Shown here piece by piece: positions 55,775 through 64,000 of a stretch of 64,000 nt of DNA (its first letter is position 1; each line of letters begins with the position of its first letter). Source of the DNA: Eledone cirrhosa (Eukaryota). The notes beneath the pieces are model-generated. The model saw nothing but the letters and a program-made list of their open reading frames with translations, made no database searches and had not been told where the DNA came from. The DNA is taken from the NCBI GenBank assembly GCA_964016885.1, contig OZ024743.1:244032001-244096000 (forward strand), read 5' to 3'. The position numbers were made by a program, and so were the translations under genes.

Positions 55775-55835
55775 AAATAAAGGATTATGAGTTCATGCAA
55801 TTGACTTACGTTTCGTCACTATATATATATATATA

Positions 55836-55990
55836 TGCAAAAGTAAACGGAAACAACAGAACAAACAACTCAGTACAATGAAGAAATATGTTAGTTTAAC
55901 GCTTGATATAGTAGAAAAAGAGTCTTTAGGTTTCGGTCTTTAGTCCTTCATCAGAAGAAGATAGAATGAGAAATAAGAGATAAAATAGAA
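55836..55990 (-). repeat. Diverged copy 3 of the 198-405 repeat
   Basis: ttagtttaacgcttga...ggtttcgg..tagtccttcatcagaagaag. Confidence 0.55.
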
Positions 55991-56287
55991 AGATAGAGAG
56001 TGAGAAGAGGAAAGAATGGAAAATATTAGAGAGATATTTGTTGTAGCTTTGTACTCTCTGGGATCAAATCCTGCAGAGGACAACTTTGTCCTCTAGCTCT
56101 TGGTTGCTTAAAATATAATCTACCCCTAGGGTGAGATACTTGTGAAGTTTCTTTAATTTAAAGTACATTACTGGGATCTTCCCTATCGGATAGTCTGTGT
56201 TGTATTTCAGATATTTGTATATTTATATAAGCTTCTATAAATTAGATTCTAAGCAGTCTTATTTATCGAGATGTATATATATATGTA

Positions 56288-56353
<66 letters not shown>

Positions 56354-56689
56354 TGAAAATTATAAAAGAAAATTAAAACAACTTGAATTTACATATTTAT
56401 GGGAAAATGCCTTCCCTGCAATAAACTCTGGTTAGCCTATTTACCGGACAAGTAGGTACAGACTTGGAACTTCTAAACAAGGTGACTAATTAGATATACT
56501 TCCTACTAACATGACTACATTCAGGGTCCTTATTAGACAGGATGACGTCCTTCCTACTCAAACACCGTTGCCTCAACATAGCCAAATTATTCCATGCTTC
56601 CTTTAAAAGCCTACTGGTATGTTACATGCTTACTCATACCTCCCTTTGTAAAATTCGTATGTGGGCGTATATGTTATTTACATATATGC

Positions 56690-57200
56690 AAAAGATATTC
56701 AACATGTGTAGATGGATTTGTAGCATATGAAGTGCATAAGAATCCATTTAGTTCACGGAAGTAAAAGAAAGCGTTTAGTCCAATGTAGGTATTTCCTATA
56801 CTGTCTGCCGGGGTCGCCGGGCGGCCAGCTCGTGGACCCCCATTTGCTCATTATAGTGAGAAATGGAGGTAGCAGGAAAGACGGAAGCAGTGACAGTAAG
56901 AGTTTGGTTCTTTTGTGTTCGAACCTGGTGTAAATGTATATGTTTCACGGAGACATTCATAACTGCTGGTTTTTTTTTCTCCAAGTTGTACTGATACTTT
57001 AGAACACTATATAATAGTGATATATGTGAATCATCCAGCATTGTTGTTCTCTAAGGAAATATCTAAAGTAGGACAATACACAGGATCTGTAAGGAAATTT
57101 CCGGAATTAGAAAATACGCAGGATCTTATGTCCTCAAATAATTGTAAAGGATTCTAATAAATTTCTGTTTGAAAACTCCATTAGTTTTGTAAATGATGTG
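56690..57200 (-). pseudogene. Decayed PLE GIY-YIG remnant
   Basis: Minus strand tacctacattggact (TYIG-like) and aaatggatt (KWI-like), heavily broken. Confidence 0.4.
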
Positions 57201-57493
57201 CTCTGTAAAAAAAAAAAAAAAAAAAAAAAATGCAGACATATCCGGATTCAATCAAGAATAATATAAACCGGGATATAAACCGGGATTTAACTTCTCTCTA
57301 CTTGATCACTCTCTGAAACCTCTCTGCACCAGCAATGTGCATTGAGTCAGAAAGACGTTGGTAAAATGGCGATGCTTTTGTTTTCATAAATATTTACAAA
57401 CTTTCACTTCAATCTAATTGTAAATGTTAATGAAGGGTTATCTATTTATATATCCTAAGTATATATGATCACATTTAATATTGTATATCATAT

Positions 57494-57559
<66 letters not shown>

Positions 57560-57565
57560 GAGAAT

Positions 57566-57630
<65 letters not shown>

Positions 57631-57689
57631 GCTGGAAAAACGAAGGTTAGGAGGTTGAACAAATAAATTAAGATGGGTGAGCATCTTAT

Positions 57690-57797
57690 ACCTTCATATT
57701 ATTTGAAATAATAAATTTATACAGGATTATCATGATTCCCATCTTAAAAAATACTGGAATTGTTTTATTTCCCGGGTAACACCGGGTAGCCGTCTAG
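57690..57797 (+). mobile_element. Helitron 3' terminus (5' end not located)
   Basis: Hairpin cccgg-gtaaca-ccggg followed by CTAG|t at 57794-57797. Confidence 0.6.
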
Positions 57798-58238
57798 TAG
57801 AAACGAAATCTTCACATTACTCACTGCCACCTCAAAGAAAGAAATGACGTATTGGATAATGCACCTCTAGATGTCTCGTAAAATAAAAGATGGGACAGTC
57901 TTGGCTGGACTATCTTTGATCAACAACAACAACAAAAACAACCAACTGTAGACTATATCTGTGAATTGACATGGGAAACTTGTTGGCAATCCAATTGTGG
58001 TTGGCACGGTGCTGTTGTTTCACGATTAACACCATGTTTACTCGCCAGGGGGACCCATATTTACTTAGAACCAGTCCTTAATAATCTGTTGGATTTCTCG
58101 GGATCTTGGCACCACTTGATACTGTCGATAAGCAGCCGGCTTTATCAAAACACCTGTACACATACACACACACACACGCATAGACTCGTAGACGCGCACA
58201 CACTTACAGACACACACAGATTCACACACACACACGCA

Positions 58239-58311
<73 letters not shown>

Positions 58312-59330
58312 TCACATTCACAAACATATCCACATGTGTATGTACATACACTCCTATCATCATAATTACTCATATAAACACTCTCTCGTCTATATCTTTC
58401 ACACACATACACACGCACATATATAATATATATGTATATATATGTAATACATATGAATGTGTGTATATGCGTGTGCGAATGAGTTTGTGTGTGGGTGTGT
58501 ATGCGTGTGTGTATGTGTGTATATTTATGTATGCATGTGTGTGTGTGTGTGTGTGAATGTGCATATATGTTTGCTTATTGGTTATGATGTTCTCATAAGG
58601 TTATAGGTTCGATTACTTGAGCCAGATACCTTCGTGTTACTTTGGTTCACTCGGCCGGAAAAAAAACGAGTCGCATCTGGTGTCAAGCTGAATCTCCCTG
58701 AGAAATCTGTTAAGAGTACACGTCTGTGAAATGCTTGGTAACATGCACGTTAATTTCCCTACCAGACAGTTCAGTTTTTTCAAAACAATTGGAACACTCG
58801 TCATCGCGATTGACGGAGATCCAGCCACTACTTTCACCACCTCAAAATGTCTGCAATGGATGAGTGAAATAAACATAGGATTTATCTCTACATTGCTCTG
58901 ACAATAAACTTAGAGGAGACCAAACAGAGTCATTAACAGCCAGCTCGCTCGCGGATATAACTTGTGTTGGATATATATGATGATAGCGCGGGAATCTGCC
59001 GGAACTGGTGGTAATAGTACAGTCAATTAGATAGAAGAAAAGAAAAAATGCAGGAAGGATATAAAGAATAACTGAAATGGAGATGATAGATGAATAGATA
59101 AAGAGGGAGATATTACAGAGAAAAAGAGAGAAAGAAAGAGAAAAGGAGAGAGAGAGAGAGAGTGAAAGTATAAGAGACAAAACATTTAAATAAAAATGGA
59201 AAACGTACATTAAAATTAGATAAGCAACAGAAGAAAGAATATAAGGATGCAACATTTAAGAGGAAGAAATATATAGAATTAGGACAGAGAAACAATTAAA
59301 ACGGGAAATACTGGAGAGAGAGGGGGGGGG

Positions 59331-59361
<31 letters not shown>

Positions 59362-59574
59362 GGTCGAATTTAAGAATGACTTCTCTTATTATTTCTCTTG
59401 TTTCAGTCAATAGACTGCGGTCAAGCTGGGGCACAGCCGTGAAGGGATTTTAGTTGATCATAACAACAACACTACTTATTTTTCAAGTTTACAATTTATT
59501 TTATTGATCTCTTTCTGTCGATCTGCAAATTCACGGAACATAAACAAACACATACACACAAACACATATTCACC

Positions 59575-59644
<70 letters not shown>

Positions 59645-59959
59645 CGTGTGAAAGGAACATAAACAAAGACATACACACACAATTACACACAAACACACAT
59701 TCACCACCTGACATATGTATATATTTACGCGTGTGTGTGAGCATGTGTGTGTGTGTGTAGGAAAGCGCGTGGCCTAGAGATTAGGGTGACCATAATATAG
59801 TGGTCTCGAGTGGTGTGTTGTGTTTTTCAGGAAACATTTCATTTCACATAGCCCCAGTAGAAAATGTGTCCCTAGAGTAGCTTGAACTAAAACCCAGAAG
59901 CATGTGGCTGGAAACTTAACTCCTTAATCTCACAATCATGCCAGCGCCTATGTATGTAT

Positions 59960-60297
59960 GTATGGTCTCGTCACTCCCGATAGAGTCGTAGGGGCACCGT
60001 ATTGACGTACGGTGTTTCTTGGACATTTTAAGCCTGGCGGAACCCACCCCTCTCCAGGTCTGAATACAGCAGATTTCTTCCAGAGAAAGATAGAAAGTGA
60101 AACAGAGGAAGGAAATGAGAAAGAGATATAGAGGCAGAACCCACCCTAGTACTAGACTGGTACTTTTTATTATCAACCTCGAAAGGATGAAAGGCAAAGT
60201 TGACCTCAGTGGGATTTAAACTCAGAGAGCAGAAAGCCGGAACAAATACCATAAAGCATTCTATCCGACGTTCTAACGACTCTGCCAATTCGCCGCC
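59960..60297 (-). mobile_element. SINE, subfamily of 12759-13040
   Basis: Reverse head ggcggcgaattggcagagtcgttagaacgtcgg, core and the shared tail. Confidence 0.85.
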
Positions 60298-60455
60298 TGT
60301 CAGCGCCTATAGTTAACGATATAAGTATTTACTAAAATACCCAAAAATATGTTTGAAGTTGATCTCATAAATTGTTATTAATTACCGAAGGAATCCTTCA
60401 AATGTGTACGTTTTGTTGATGGGATAAAATAGATTTCGAAATAGTATATAATGTG

Positions 60456-60566
<111 letters not shown>

Positions 60567-60798
60567 ACACACACACATACGCACACACACATACATACAT
60601 ATACAGATACATATATGTATAAATGTATATATATATGCATATATATATATATATAGATAGATAGATAGATAGATAGATATTTATATATATCATATATATA
60701 TATACATAAATATATACACATATATCTGTACATATGATGATTTCTTTTGAATGAAACAGTACTAGTCCTGTAGAAGCCATTTCTATATTAATAATCAA

Positions 60799-60838
<40 letters not shown>

Positions 60839-61252
60839 GCGCACATATAATATACATATATATATATATATATGCTAATACATATATATATATATATATG
60901 TGTGTGCATGTGTGTGCATGTGAATATGTGTATGTGTGTGCATATGTGTGAATGTATCTATGTTGGCACACATATGTGCGTACAGACATACACGTACACA
61001 CATATACTTTCAAACTTGGCTTGTTGGCTGCTCTTTGTAATAATATTTCCCCCTCGAGCGAATGTTTTAAATTGGAGCAGTAGGAGAAAAACTCGTAAAT
61101 AAATCTGGAATCCGGAACAAAAATGATGTTCCATCATGGCCGCAGTCTAATGCCTGAAACCAGTAAAGAAGTAATAAACGAGCAAGAGGACGAATGGAAG
61201 CATATTTCCTCCGTAATTATCCAAAATACACATGCACGCGTGCATACTCACA

Positions 61253-61306
<54 letters not shown>

Positions 61307-61457
61307 GACACACGCTCGCACGCATGTTAGTCTCTATATACTGAGTTCAATTCCTGCTGTGGTCAACTTTGCTTTTTCCATCGGCCTCTCAGAGCCATTA
61401 CAGAAAAACAAGGCCACTACTTCTTTTTCTCATTTGATCGTCTCCCTCACACACACT

Positions 61458-61546
<89 letters not shown>

Positions 61547-61599
61547 ACACATATATATATATGTGTGTGTGTAAGTATTTTAAAGCTCCATTTGGCCAA

Positions 61600-61834
61600 T
61601 GTGACTCTCCAAGCCGCATGGCTGGGAAAGGTATTTTTGAGGGGGAAATCAGTCTCCTCTCACTTCGACACCACTATTGTCCCAGGAGAAGGCATTGGTC
61701 GATACAGCTTGGCACCAGTGTCGTCAAAACTAATTTTCCAGTTGAGTGAAATGGAACAGTATATTCCCAGGTCTGGGGATCGAACTCACAACTGTACAAT
61801 TGTAAGCCAAACAACACTAACTAAGCCACGCGCG
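61600..61834 (-). mobile_element. Second SINE family copy
   Basis: Reverse cgcgtggcttagttagtg head, gtgagttcgatcccc, and gacactggtgccaagctgtatc. Confidence 0.7.
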
Positions 61835-62124
61835 TTCATAAGTGTGTGTATGTGCACATGTATATTAATTTGTATTCGTTTACTATAATTATTTTCGTAT
61901 TTGGCCTTGAATCGAAGATAGTTATCATATCTGTATTTCATTAAATATATATATTTTAAATAAAACGAAAAATTATTGAAGCAGACGTTACAAATGGCTG
62001 CCAATTATTCCTACGTCTATCCCTTCAGGATAACAGGATACTTTTTTTCTATTGCACATAATTATCGACTGCTCTACACATACATACATATATACACACA
62101 TACATACATAAACACATACATGTA

Positions 62125-62203
<79 letters not shown>

Positions 62204-62499
62204 TATTCTGGTTTTTAGACAGTCAACAATATTAATTATAGATAATGTCTATTTTCTTTCTGCCCATTATTTCTCATTTCTAAAAATAAGCAAATTTCTA
62301 CGTAACAAACGAAAAACTAACGATTTCATTTCATCATAATTATCATCATCATCATCACAAGTGTATAACATAGTTAGGTGTCTTTGTATTCTGAGTTCAA
62401 ATCCTGTTGTGGTCAATTTTACTTCCTCCACCAACCTGACAGCCATTACAGAAAAAAACGTGGCCACTGTACTTCTTTTTCTCATTTGAGCTTCTCCGT

Positions 62500-63560
62500 T
62501 CTGTGACTAAATCATTAAAAAGGTCATCAGCATTTTCTTTCCTCTGGTTACACCAATAAAAAGTAATGACCTCTGTCAAAGCCATTAAATTATCCTTCCT
62601 CGTGTAAATAATCATTTAAAATATCACTGTGGCTGCGCTTCCTCCTATGAATAATTCATTACAAAACTCGCGGTCGCTCTTCTTTTTCCCATGACAAAGC
62701 CATTAAAAAATGCCCGATTAAACACTTCCCTCACTCCTTTCCTAGGAACTATAAATCTCTTCAGGTGCCGAGCTGCAAACCCACCAACTTTCCGAGTTGA
62801 TGTTTGCTCCCGCCAACCTTTCCTCTAAGTAGTTGCTGAACACCTCAATTTCTGATGTGTTCGACACCATCACATTGTCGTCGTCCACATATGCCGACGA
62901 AGCCCTTCCATGTTTGAAGGACCGGGCGCATAATCTGGAATAGTTTCGATCGGTGGTCATTTACTTTGACCATCGAGCTGATATCGCTGTGTATTGCAAT
63001 GATCCAGCCTCTGAAGACGGGATTGAAGCCGGCTACTTTGAGGACAACCTCCAGGTTTCGATGGTTGACCTTATCGAAAACTTTCGACTGATCTAAATTG
63101 GTCAGAGCACCATCGAAGTTGGGTTTACTCCCCACCCTTACCATGAGATGGAGTTTGACGTGTATGGACCTGATCGAGATTGCGCACGTCTGGGCCTCTC
63201 CTACCAGACCCTAGGTGACAAGCGCCAGCCTCGTTGCTAGCACCTTGGCCAAGAAATTTTAAACTTTGTATTGAGCAGAGTTATAGCCCGGAAATGATTT
63301 ATAACGTCCTCCTTATTGTCGTCTATCTTTTCTAATCGCTCTCTTGAGGGCATCCAATCAACTGTTGTTGACGACTGTTCCTGTCAACTGGTACTTAGCT
63401 AATGTGCTAATCCGGTTGATGCGGTCATTATGCACCGGGAACGACGCGTTAAGGTTCCAGTAACTGGGTACCTGCCTACGTGTTCTATCTAGGTCGACCA
63501 TGCAGACCACGAAATTGTGGTCTGAATAGGCGACTGTTTGAAATTGTGGAGATACTTGCT
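62500..63560 (-). mobile_element. L1/Tx1-like LINE remnant (end of APE and RT), internally deleted
   Basis: YSDHNFV..V...YWNLNAS, LDQSKVFDKVNH..L..VL..AGF.P.FRGWI...VKVN, SAYVDD. Confidence 0.8.
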
Positions 63561-64000
63561 TCTGTTTAGCCCCTTTTTCCCTCCTCACTATTGATGTTGT
63601 CACTTCCCTTTTTTCTATCCATACATTAATAGTTGGTTTTGTCGTCTTTGTTGTTGCTGATGTTCTTGCAGTTGTTAATACCACCCTCACGGTGTTGGTG
63701 TTCGTAGCATTTGCTGTGCCACTAAAGATATTATTACGGCTGATAATCATGCAGTCCGTGCGTTTGTTTTCTTTCCTCGTGCTTTCGTCGTCGTCGTCGT
63801 CGTTTTTGTTGTTTTTATTGCTGCTGCCTTTGCTGAGACTGTCTACCTGTTACTGAGTTATAGATTGCTTATAAATGGATAGGGAGATGATGACGTCATC
63901 TCTTAATATAATGTATTTTAAAACAAAAATCAACATTTTGTTTTCAAATTTCTGCTCACATGGGTCAAATAGAGAAAAAAAGAAAGAAAAGAAGCCGCCT

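Overview
AT-rich, microsatellite-dense eukaryotic DNA with no recognisable host protein-coding gene. The repeat style ((CA)n/(TA)n/(GA)n, tRNA-derived SINEs, RTE LINEs, Penelope-like elements) suggests an animal genome, plausibly an octopus/cephalopod (inference). Almost all listed ORFs are microsatellite translations. Real content: decayed Penelope-like retroelements (PLEs; one nearly intact RT + GIY-YIG at 31837-33568), several RTE LINE fragments (one with a 5' inversion, one with three C-terminal C2H2 fingers), an L1/Tx1-like remnant, a non-autonomous Helitron, a mariner remnant, young SINEs with TSDs and two minisatellites. The main hidden signal is at least 11 complete type I hammerhead ribozyme folds (about 8 distinct sequence families, found by eye), plus degenerate ones. 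All have a palindromic stem III and several have long (31-61 nt) stem II domains. Several sit in 0.3-1 kb non-coding cassettes next to (TA)n that are built as an inverted arm plus a monomer, in two cases with terminal redundancy. This looks like a diverse PLE-mobilised retrozyme-like system. Ribozyme activity, circular RNA and novelty are untested inferences.
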